Part shown: in pieces, positions 36,712-47,206 of the stretch
Layout: every line of letters begins with the position of its first letter
Numbering within the stretch: position 1 is the stretch's first letter
DNA from: Magallana gigas
Taxonomy: Eukaryota
Reading direction: 5' to 3'
Assembly (NCBI RefSeq): GCF_963853765.1
Contig: NC_088861.1
Coordinates: 5,084,001-5,148,000, forward strand
DNA length: 64,000 nt
The notes under the pieces: generated by a model
Told to the model about the DNA's origin: nothing
Database searches by the model: none
What the model saw: the letters and a program-made list of their open reading frames with translations, nothing else
Translations under genes and position numbers: made by a program

Positions 36712-38883
36712 TTACTTTTTTAACCTTCTTCCAAGGAATATGCAAGTCATGGAAACAAATATGACAAAAAACCCAGACGTTATTAATCCAATAATGACAA
36801 AATCAAGGCCAAAGGAGCCTGAAAAGAAACAATCGGTCAGTTAATGTAGCTCACTACTCTAAGGCTTTCACTTTTAATGAACCTACGTCATAAAATAGCG
36901 ATTTAGATGTTTTGTTAATCTGCCTGAATGTATCGATTTGGTTGATAATTGGTTAAGTATAGAACTTGTGAACCGCAGATCGCGATTTCTAATCAGCATT
37001 TGTTTATATCTACTTTTATTCATATTTCATTTTTTAACTCTTTTAAATCTAACGTACATATTTTTAGCCTCTTTGACCTGTTTACTCCTTCTACATCGGG
37101 TACCTTATAATTGAATGATTTTCTGTTGGTTGAGGACCATTATTAAGGAATCATGAATAAGTCATACATCAATACATTGTTTTCGATATAGATTAAATGT
37201 ACCCTGATGAAATGGTGCATCAGTACTAGTTGTCAAACAGCCGAATGTTGCATTGCACTGAAGACGATCACAGTGTGAACAATCCTGTTGACAGTTTGTT
37301 CCATAATTTGGATACCTGCATGGTCTTGAACAATTAGTTCCATAAAAACCAGTCGGACAGTCTATCATTAAATGAAAAGCTATGTAATCATTAGGATCAA
37401 CAAGAACGACATATGTATATAAAAAATATATTGAGATGCAAAAAAAGATATTTGATATATATTGTTGATTTTCCTTTAAAATATGTACCCTTATTGCTTT
37501 TTATTTTTGGTTGTATTTGATAAAATAAACAACTGTTTTATTCGAGGAATAGGGAATCATTTAGTATTATGAGGGATCAAGCATGGTCGGGAGCGAACAA
37601 AGGGCTTAATGATAGATTTGAACATGCTCAACTGCTCAACCGTAGTTGATCAATTAATAATATTTTTTAAATGATTCCTTATTACTTATATCTATATACT
37701 TTTAAACAAATAATCCAATAAAATATGAAATTGTTGATATTTGTACGTTATTGGGAGTTGATTTTATTCAACTCTCCTATGCAGTTACTCAAACAAACCG
37801 AAAGTGAAACAGTGTTTGGACACCAGCACAGACCATTGCTACTGACAAATTTTAGTTCTTGAAAATAATCGATCAATTCGATGTAATGTATGCTAAAGCA
37901 TTGTTTTTCAAGGAAACTTTTTTATAAATACCTAGAAAAGAGTCAGATTTTAAATGGTACGAACAATTAAAAAAAAATTTGTAGTCGTATGTATTCCTAC
38001 GCCAGAGTTCAACTCGACGCTCGACTGTCTCCGTAAATCCTTGTCGGAGATTTACGGTGTCAGCCGAGCGTTTGGTTGAACGAGATTAGAGTTCAATATT
38101 GCTTGCATCCATACAATTTTCGAGAAATATTTCTTTTACTGATACATAGCTTGATTGAATTTATCTTATCTTTAAATTTTATTTAACATGATTCATATGG
38201 GGGTTTCTCGACATTCTTGTCGAAAAAGTCTAAAAATTCATATTATAAAAATGTGCGTAATTCAAATTAGAAACTACATGTACTTGTCATACAAAATAAC
38301 ATATCATTGATTTTAAAATAAACATTGACAAAATCAACTCCCGTCAGTTCTTCAGTACTTTGATTTTTAATTTGTATAGCTATACAAACCCTGCCATCAT
38401 CATTTTCGATACTTATGAATGGTATTGAACTATGTGTCACAAACCTTATTCGTATTGTTATCACAGAAAAAGATCTAGACACTGGAATATGTTAATAAAC
38501 TACCGATTGATAGGCTATATATTATGTTAAACTGACCATGACATTGGTTAAGTTCCTTACTCCATTGGCAATCTTCTCGGCAATGAAATTCAGAAAACCT
38601 AGTCAAAAATAAAATAGATACTGTGGAATCATTTTAATTCGTTGTGATCAATGTTCATGGGAAGCCAAATTTTCCTGGTTTGAGGGGATGTAAGTTCCTT
38701 GGTAGTGTAATCGGGATAAATTTAATAAATATAAAACAGGTGCTTGTGTATAAGTTTTGGGGAATGTAAAATCGTGGGTATTGGTTTCCCACGAACGCCT
38801 TGAACATTGGTCCCTCACGAACAATGATGATTTCACTGTAATTAACTTGATACTTTGCAGAGAAATGTATATTCATTTGATGA

Positions 38884-38979
<96 letters not shown>

Positions 38980-40460
38980 GAATAAGTCCTTGGTATAGTT
39001 AACGACATAGAAAAAGGTTTTCAGTAGACGATAACACAATAATCCATTTCTCTCTAATTTAATCCAGAGCGCTTTCGCCTGATCGGCTCTTCAGTGGATT
39101 TCAAATTGTAACAGAAATAACAAACGTTGACGTCGTTATTATGACGTCATAAAGTAGACAACGTCACGAACAGTGTAAACAATGTTTGGAGATGACGGCA
39201 AATTATTTTTTACAAACACATGTAAACGTAATAAAATATGTACAGATGATATTGTTTTAAAATAAGAGGTTATTTAAATGAAAGCTGAATGAAGTCAATG
39301 CAGAATAAATAATGCAATTATCTATTAGGTTTAGGTTTAAATTTATTTATGAAATATTGTTCTTTTGCAAGTCGCAGCTGATCACTTTCCTCGCGTACTT
39401 TGTAAAATGGAAAAATTTCAAACCGGCCTCTCCCGCACACATCAAAATGTTCACTACACGGAGTGTTACGAACAGAAGGATCCCTTATCTGCTGCTTATG
39501 TACCCTCACACGGTCGGCTAATTTGGTCCCTGTTTGGCCAATGTAATTTTCTCCGCATCCATCGCAGGTCATGCAATAAATGATGTTTTGTTGTAACCTA
39601 CAATCCTAGAAATCATAATATTTTCAATACCACTAGGTATTGTTTACCGGTTTTACATCAGTCCAATATTTTAAAGGATATCATAAAGGAAAACAATCTT
39701 ATCTACAGCAGAAGACAGCCCCCTAACCTTAAAAAACTTCTTACCAGAGCCAACTTTACTTCGACAAAAGAAATGTTTCGGGTTTCTAAATGCGAGGATT
39801 CTTGATGTGGGACTTGCGCCTATATTCAGACAGGACAAACAATTTCATTCAAAAACGGTACAATTTTCAAAGTCAACTCCAATATGAACTGCAAATCCAA
39901 AAACATCATTTTTTGCATGACCTGCGATGGATGCGGAGAAAATTACATTGGCCAAACAGGGACTAAATTAGCCGACCGTGTGAGGGTACATAAGCAGCAG
40001 ATAAGGGATCCTTCTGTTCGTAACATGCCGTGTAGTGAACATTTTGATGTGTGCGGGAGAGGCCGGTTTGAAAGTTTTCCATTTTACAAAGTACGCGAGG
40101 AAAGTGATCAGCTGCGACTTGCAAAAGAACAATATTTCATAANNNNNNNNNNNNNNNNNNNNNNNNNNNNNNNNNNNNNNNNNNNNNNNNNNNNNNNNNN
40201 NNNNNNNNNNNNNNNNNNNNNNNNNNNNNNNNNNNNNNNNNNNNNNNNNNNNNNNNNNNNNNNNNNNNNNNNNNNNNNNNNNNTTTATTGATCGTCTCTC
40301 ATTTACATGTCCAGATGCAGATGCTATATCTTTTTCTACAAATACATTTTTTCCTAAATATATTATTACAAACTTGTTATTCTTACCTTTCGCAATTTGA
40401 AGATGCGTGCAAAGTTGAAATACACAACAGCAAGACTACAACATAATTCTGGAGTCTCAT
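36712..40460 (-). CDS. EGF-like receptor gene 6 (type A, short tail), 133 aa
   Basis: Exons 40387-40460 (MRLQNYVVVLLLCISTLHASSNCE-R), 38537-38598 (FSEFHCREDCQWSKELNQCH), 37203-37361 (DCPTGFYGTNCSRPCRYPNYG...) and 36712-36818 (GSFGLDFVIIGLITSGFFVIFVSMTCIFLGRRLKK*). The 402 nt join in frame. Intron 1 spans an assembly gap. Confidence 0.8.
38621..38838. mobile_element. MITE of the CTGT/TA family in intron 1 of gene 6
   Basis: TA|CTGTGGAATCATT ... ATGATTTCACTG|TA. Reverse-complement homologue of 1865-2083. Confidence 0.75.
38889..38976. repeat. (TA)44 microsatellite
   Basis: Uninterrupted TA run. Confidence 0.95.
39005..40142. mobile_element. Penelope-like retroelement fragment (Neptune-type) with an inverted duplicated GIY-YIG end
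   Basis: Plus strand about 39695-40142 reads ENNLIYSRRQPPNLKKLLTRANF...KCEDS*CGTC...NMNCKSKNIIFCMTCDGCGENYIGQTG...HF (Cys-rich linker plus GIY-YIG endonuclease). The minus-strand copy 39318-39587 of the same endonuclease C-terminus is followed by a 3' repeat region holding a hammerhead motif. Confidence 0.85.
39061..39100 (-). ncRNA. Minimal type I hammerhead ribozyme
   Basis: Minus strand reads AATCCA-CTGA-A-GA-GCC-GATCA-GGC-GAA-A-GCGC-T-C-TGGATT. This gives an intact catalytic core, a 6-bp stem I, a 3-bp stem II and a palindromic stem III, as in Penelope pseudo-LTR hammerheads. Confidence 0.85.
40143..40283. other. Assembly gap (141 N)
   Basis: Run of N inside the right arm of the Penelope inverted repeat. 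Confidence 0.99.
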
Positions 40461-41329
40461 TCTGCTAAATTATATATTTGATCGCTTATGGTCTTGAAAC
40501 AATATTTTTCCGGTTTCTAATTATGAAAACTGGTTTTTTCTCCTAGACTTTATCATTCTCTGATTATATTTAAAGCCGGAAGATTTATACGTAACGGAAA
40601 TTAAAATCAACTGTGTTCTATATGCAGCTGAACAAATCGATGTAATTCGTGAATGATTTATATACATGCGGACGGAAAAAGTGGCAAACAGTGTCATGTT
40701 TTAATTTTTCATTGAGCATCACTGCTAGATGTACAATCGCAGTTAAAACACTATCCACGGTATTTTCAATGCATCAACAGTCATGTTTAATCATGAGATT
40801 TTGTAAATATCACGCACTTATCAATTTCGATAAAATGGGACTCAATATCGTATGTTTCATGTAGCTTTTTAAAAAAGACACCATGTTACTCGTCAAATAA
40901 TAAAATCATTTTTTAACGAAATCGTAGTATTTGGAGAAGTTTGTTTGTCTGGGTTTTTTTTTATCTTAAATGATAGAAGTCCGAGATGTTGACTTGTGTC
41001 CACTTTTACATGTAGCCTACTAAAGAATTATTCCTTAGAGATAAATGAAAACTAATCACAAGACAAACGGTGACGTCATGGTTGCAAATCTATATAACCC
41101 TCAAACTATATATTTTATAAATATATTGGCGAAATTGTTAATGTCTTCATCAAAATGGTAGTTTGAAATCATGAAGTTTGACTTCTAATAGTTAATAAAT
41201 TCGATCGGGCAACATCAATTTTATCCAAACAAATTGTTATACCTAAAGGCCATGGCCAATTGTGGTCTGAAACAGGGATACTTATACAGGGTATATATAC
41301 AATGGGCAAAACATGGTAACTTGAAGGTG

Positions 41330-41705
41330 ATAAAACGTGCAATGATAATAAAACGTTGCAAGATTACATGAGACACGTGAAACAACTTCTAATGTTAAAA
41401 ACACATGCAAAGACATCTGCAATTCATCTTACGACCCTTACAGACGATGCATCATTTTTGTGACTACAAAAACATTAAAAGACGTTTGTACCAATGTCTG
41501 TGCGTTGAATTGTGATAATTTGGATCGCATTCGGTCGCGACTGAATAGTGTGCATGTCCACTATTTTGGGGAGACCTGATGCGACCACTAAAGTGCATGC
41601 AACGAATGTGAAACATCGTGCAACGTATGCGAGAGTTCGTGCGAAGCTAAAATAATTCAATAGCAAAGTTTTTTTAAGTGTCCGTGTGCCAATTTGAAAG
41701 TACCT
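41330..41705. mobile_element. Harbinger-like MITE fragment
   Basis: Matches 4825-5000 and the right half of 52463-52962, ending TTTGAAAGTACCTTTA. Confidence 0.55.
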
Positions 41706-43130
41706 TTATTCTTTAATGATGGTGAACAAATAATGTGCAAGCTTGGTGAAATTTCTAAAAGTGAAGAAAACAGCGCAAGTCGCAAATACTATATAAAATA
41801 TGCTGTGGTAATAGCGAAATAAGTCATTAAATAAATTTTAAAATTTCCTAATACTCGTCTTTATGCCTTTTTATTATCCTCTCAAACATATACGGTAATA
41901 GAGTATTAAATGTACGATGTGTAATCAAAATTAAATCATAAAAGCAAAACTTGAAATATTTAATAAATTGTAAAATTTGATATACACATGTAAAACCTTT
42001 CGACAAATATACTGTGTACGAGAGCTTTGAAATTTGTTGAACTTAAGAAACAATTTTTCAAAATGTTGAAGAAAAAAAATCTGTAATATTTAGCAGGAAA
42101 AAAAGCCTTTACATAATCGAAGATTTATTTCACATTGCTTTCGACATAATTTTTGTACTCATGCAATAATTAGAAATGTATATAATATCTAAACGGTGTG
42201 ACCGTTGGACCGAGCGCAGATTTTACACAATGCAGTTTGATTTTTGTAGAACAAAATTTATCTGAAACGTACACAGTAGGATCCGCCTAGTTGCCTACTC
42301 AAATCATTAGCCAAAGCTTAACTAAACATCGCGTGCTCAGTGTACATTATGACGTCATGTTTCAGACGTAAAACGTACACGTTTTGTCTTCGGAAATAGC
42401 CGAAGAGAGTTACGTTGTTCCGAACTTTTTTTTATTTGTTCTTTCATTGTTTATCAATTTAATTCACCACGTATAACACAACATGCGGGGTGTATGCTAT
42501 GTTGTACACGGGGTGTATGCTTCCGAAGCGAGAAAACGGTGTCAAAGGTCCGATATTTGTCCAATTATTCAATTAAAGGACTTATTTTGCCAAAAAGAGT
42601 ATGCTTACGGAAGAAAGCATGAATTACGGAATGCATAGACACGTTTTATTCCATTGTACATGTTCTAGTTTTCTCAAACACCTCAACACAATTGCGACTG
42701 TCAGGGTGAGTTTGACCCTGACGTACGTTAATGATCAAATATCTGGACAAATGTTCCGTTTATCATCACTGTTTTGTTACTAACAATTACATACCATCAG
42801 TGTTTGATTATTCATAAATTTTCTGTGAATAAAATCAATCGAATACAGAAATATTTGCGAAAAAGTGATGTTGTACACGGGGTGTAAACAACGTGTTGTA
42901 CAAGGGGTGTATACAATCGGTATTTCTTGCAGAAACTAGTGCATAATATCAATGGAAAATGTTTAATGCTTATTTATTTTGATAATGTAGCTCTTTATAT
43001 TGTCTTGGATTCTAGATTATCATGTATAGAGCTTGGTTAGCACAGCACACGGTAGGTACAGACTTTCAACAGTGTATATTGATAAATCTTTTGATCAAAT
43101 GTTTTAAATTAGTCCAAAACTGCTTTGTAG

Positions 43131-44690
43131 ATGGAGATAGAAATTGATCATTCAGAGGAAGTTCATGATGAAGAAGAATCCTTAATATGCGAATTTTGCT
43201 CAAAGTCATTTAAACACAGGTCGTCCTTGTATAGACACCTGGAAGCTCACAAAAATTAACTGTTTAAAGAAGGAGTCTTCTCGTTATCAAACATATTTCT
43301 TATCATAAGAAATTCATGAAATTTTTACACAGTCAAACGGATCATATTACCAAATGATTCTATCAATTTAATCAAATTTGACCTTTTTGTTTTCGCATAA
43401 AGGTAAGGTCAAGGTCACTACCTTTTTCCTCAACGTAAAGGATGATAAAAATAAGTGTAGCTCTTTGTAGTTCTGTAGACATTTATTTAAGATTTGAAGA
43501 TTCTATTCTTCTATGAAATGATAGAATATCAGAAGGTCTATCAGCTTATACTACTAAATTGGAATAAATATTTATACTAAAATTGATATTGCGTAGCCCG
43601 CATTTCCTCTAATTTTCTTACATTTTGAAAAAAATGTTGATTATTTTTTTTATGATTCAAATTATAAAATATTTCTGATTTTTATGTAAAATGACGACTT
43701 TATATAAAGATATGAATTGACAGAAAAGCTAATATATTGACCATTTAATAAGAGAGAAAATCTGATTTTAGTGATTTTTTCACAAAAATTAATGTATAGA
43801 ATGGGCGCTTTATAAAGCTTATAAAAATGTAATTTGATAGGCAAATCGTATTTTAAAAACATATTCTGAAACCCAAGTATCATATCATTATTTCACATTA
43901 GTAAAAAAAAAAATCCAACATTAATGTGATTGTTTTTTAAATGCTAAAACAGACTCATTAATCTGCAGCAATTCCGAATTGCAAAACATGTGATATTTTC
44001 TTACGCCAATATTACGCCAAAAATATAGTCCTTGTTAGATTCTAAACATTGATTACCTTTTCTATGCCAAGTTGTATGATAGTAAAAATGTAAGAAAAAT
44101 ATACCATTTTAATTTCCTTTTATCTTGATTTAATGCACAATTAATCAAATTTACGTTTGACAAGTCGAAAACCAGAAAAGACTCCTTCCTTAAATACAAT
44201 CAATGTCCAAAAACATTTGCCACGCGACATTACTTGAATCTTCATATTAGCAATGTCCATACAGAGCCAAGAAACCTCCTCTGTCCCCATTGTGGTCGAG
44301 CATACCACACTTCATGTGCATTGTCAAACCATATAAGGTTTAAGCGTAAGGGTGGGGGTAATGAATGTAGCATATGTGAACTTAAATTCAAAGACAATTA
44401 CGGTTTAAAACGACATTTGTCATCTCATGAAGAAAAGGCACAGCACTGCTCCATTTGCAATAAAAACTTAAAAAAAATTTAAAAGAACATTCGAAACATT
44501 GCACAAAGGAGAAATCAGAACAGAGGTATTCTTGCCATCATTGCGACAAAAAATATGCATTGAGAAGATGGCTGAAAGTGCACATAAAAAAAACCCATGA
44601 AACCACTCCTGCATATCCTTGCTGTGGTGGGAAATTGTTTAAATACAGGTCCTCTCTCAACAGACATAAGAAGGCGTGTTCAAGGTCTGG
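43131..44690 (+). pseudogene. C2H2 zinc-finger array (about 7 fingers), decayed
   Basis: CEFCSKSFKHRSSLYRHLEAH; after removing the 43268-44189 insert, LFK(Y)NQCPKTFATRHYLNLHISNVH, CPHCGRAYHTSCALSNH, CSICELKFKDNYGLKRHLSSH, CSICNK..., CHHCDKKYALRRWLKVHIKKTH and CCGGKLFKYRSSLNRHKKAC. There is a stop at 43257 and a frameshift near 44475. Confidence 0.85.
43268..44189. mobile_element. 922-bp Kolobok-like non-autonomous element with TTAA TSD
   Basis: TTAA|AGAAGGAGTCTT ... AAGACTCCTTCC|TTAA. Its removal restores the zinc-finger reading frame. Confidence 0.8.
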
Positions 44691-46581
44691 TATTTGAGTA
44701 TTTTGACTAGATTAATCCTCATATCAGAACCTGTATTTTTGTTGTGTTCTACAACAGAATAAGAACTCGAAATTATTAAATGGGAATTTGACAATTTTGT
44801 TAAGCAGTTAGTTTAATAATTTCATTTACAGATATTTTCTAATATACTTGTCAAGACTCTAGAATGTCGTTAACTCGTTATAAAAACCGATTGTATACAC
44901 CCCTTGTACAACACGTTGTATACACCCCGTGTACAACATCACTTTTTCGCAAATATTTCTGTATTAGATTGATTTTATTCACAGAAAATTTATGAATAAT
45001 CAAACACTGATGGTATGTAATTGTTAGTAACAAAACAGTGATGATAAACGGAACATTTGTCCAGATATTTGATCATTAACGTACGTCAGGGTCAAACTCA
45101 CCCTGACAGTCGCAATTGTGTTGAGGTGTTTGAGAAAACTAGAACATGTACAATGGAATAAAAAGTGTCTATGCATTCCGTAATTCATGCTTTCTTCCGT
45201 AAGCATACTCTTTTTGGCAAAATAAGTCCTTTAATTGAATAATTGGACAAATATCGGACCTTCGACACCGTTTTCTCGCTTCGGAAGCATACACCCCGTG
45301 AACAACATAACATACACCCCGCATGTTGTGTTATACGTGGTGATAAATGCCGCGGTAATAAAATTGAATACTTTATTCAGTATCTAAAAGATCAGTTCCT
45401 TGATGTTAACGTTTTTATTTGCCATCTGATAATTTGATAAGACATACATAGAACTAGTCGTATTTCTTGATTGAAGCACTATTGAAACTTATCTGGTGTC
45501 CTCTTTTAGTTCTTTTGATTCAAATTACCTTTTATTGAAACACTGGAACATTTTAATCGAGTTTAGGGACAATAAACATCGATAGGTACCAGTCAATCAA
45601 TGATCGAACTAACTTTTTAAAAACAAAATGGCTGCCAATATGGCGGCGACCAGTGCTGGAAGAAATTTTTTTGGGCCTTAGTACCCCGGATTCAACATTC
45701 ATTTTTCACTGATTTTCTTATATATACGTGTTACCATTAATCCTCGCTTCGCGAGGCAGGCTTCGCCCGCCTCTCGCTGCGCTTGGTTTAATAAGGGTTT
45801 TACAAAAAAATGCATATTTACAAGTACTAAAATTACATGTTCTCGTATCGCAATGAGCTCGCTAGCATGTATGTGTTGTTGTCAGTAGGTATATTCTCAT
45901 CGCAAATGTCACTGCGTTGTTCAGGTACTCTACACAGTGTGGTAGTGACGTGTTCTGACACGGCAGATCCAACATACATGTAATAGGCGTTTTCTCTTAT
46001 TTGTCTCGAGTAGAATCTTCTGTTTGCAAAAGATATGACCAAGAGGACTGCAATCACAATTACAGCTGCAACCCCAACGAAAACTCCGATAACCAATGGG
46101 AGATTCAAACCTTGTATCATATTCTGTGATTCTGAATAAAAACAGATCGCATATGGATAAAAAAATATTTTGACTTATGTTTGATTTTAGCGCAGTTGCT
46201 CATCTTTAGACTGTAGTAACATTTTCTGAAAGATATTAAAGACAAATAGTAATAGGGTATATAAACATAAAAAATATAAATACTTCTTGGTTTATTTGAA
46301 TTATTTGATTTTTTTATTCAAGCTTGTAAATATGTTAGAAAATTGAAACATCCCTAATGATAAAAAATATCAAATTCTACGGTAACGGACTACGTGCTTG
46401 TGGATACTTAGTTATTAGCAAGCAACGTATCGCTTTATCATAAACGTTTAAACAAGTGAAGAAAGAATATATGGTGTTTTTCTTTTTTTTTCAATTTGAA
46501 AAAAGTTTCGCCTTGTGGATGATAGGGTATACCATTTGGTGCTTTTATACTTTTATACATGTTTCATTTGGTATGCTATAA

Positions 46582-46584
<3 letters not shown>

Positions 46585-46655
<71 letters not shown>
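46585..46655. repeat. (AT)n microsatellite abutting a splice donor
   Basis: A 71-bp AT run that begins at the T of the GT donor of exon 46657-46809. Confidence 0.95.
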
Positions 46656-46658
<3 letters not shown>

Positions 46659-46986
46659 CTGTCGATTGTTCCATCCTGTGTCAGACAACCATCAGTTGAA
46701 TTGCACATCACCCGGTTACAATGTGAACAGTTCTGTTGACAATTTTTCCCATAGTTTGGATACCTGCATTGTCTTGAACAGTTTATTCCATAGAAGCCAT
46801 CTGGACAATCTGTTAAAATAATAAAAAGGGCAAATCCCATGGTCGAGCTCAATATTATATTAGGATAACGTAACAACACGCGGGGTTCGCTTTAAATAAA
46901 GGGTATGTAAGACTTCTCTTTTGAGAAAACCTTATAATTCTTTTGAAATGTATGAGTATTACGAAGAGAAACAGCGGATACTTTTA

Positions 46987-47206
46987 CTGAGGAATCATTT
47001 TTATTCGGGTCAATGCTTTTCGGTAGCCAAAATTTACCTAGTTCGTGGGGACGTAATTTCGTATGTAGCAAGTTCCATTTATAAACAAATACTAAAGAAA
47101 TGCTTGCATACACATGTATATCTTCGTCGGGATGTTAATTCGCGTGCAATGGTTACCCACAAAAGCTACAAACATTGGTCTCCCATGAACAATGATGATT
47201 CCAGAG
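46987..47206. mobile_element. MITE orthologous to 405-617
   Basis: TA|CTGAGGAATCATT ... ATGATTCCAGAG|TA, in the same intron position as in gene 1. Confidence 0.75.

Larger units (their letters stand above)
42464..45343. mobile_element. 2.9 kb DNA transposon-like element with 458-bp TIRs enclosing a zinc-finger pseudogene
   Basis: 42464-42921 is a near-perfect reverse complement of 44886-45343 (the same 60-aa spurious ORF appears on both arms). Ends are (T)CACCACGTATAAC, with GGGGTGTA motifs at both ends of each TIR. No clean TSD. Confidence 0.85.

Noticed and set aside
38655-39008. ORFs with IYIYIY runs (also 46515-46879)
   Set aside because: These are translations of (TA)n microsatellites.
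42601-45206. Identical 60-aa ORFs on opposite strands as duplicated genes
   Set aside because: They are the two arms of the 458-bp TIR.
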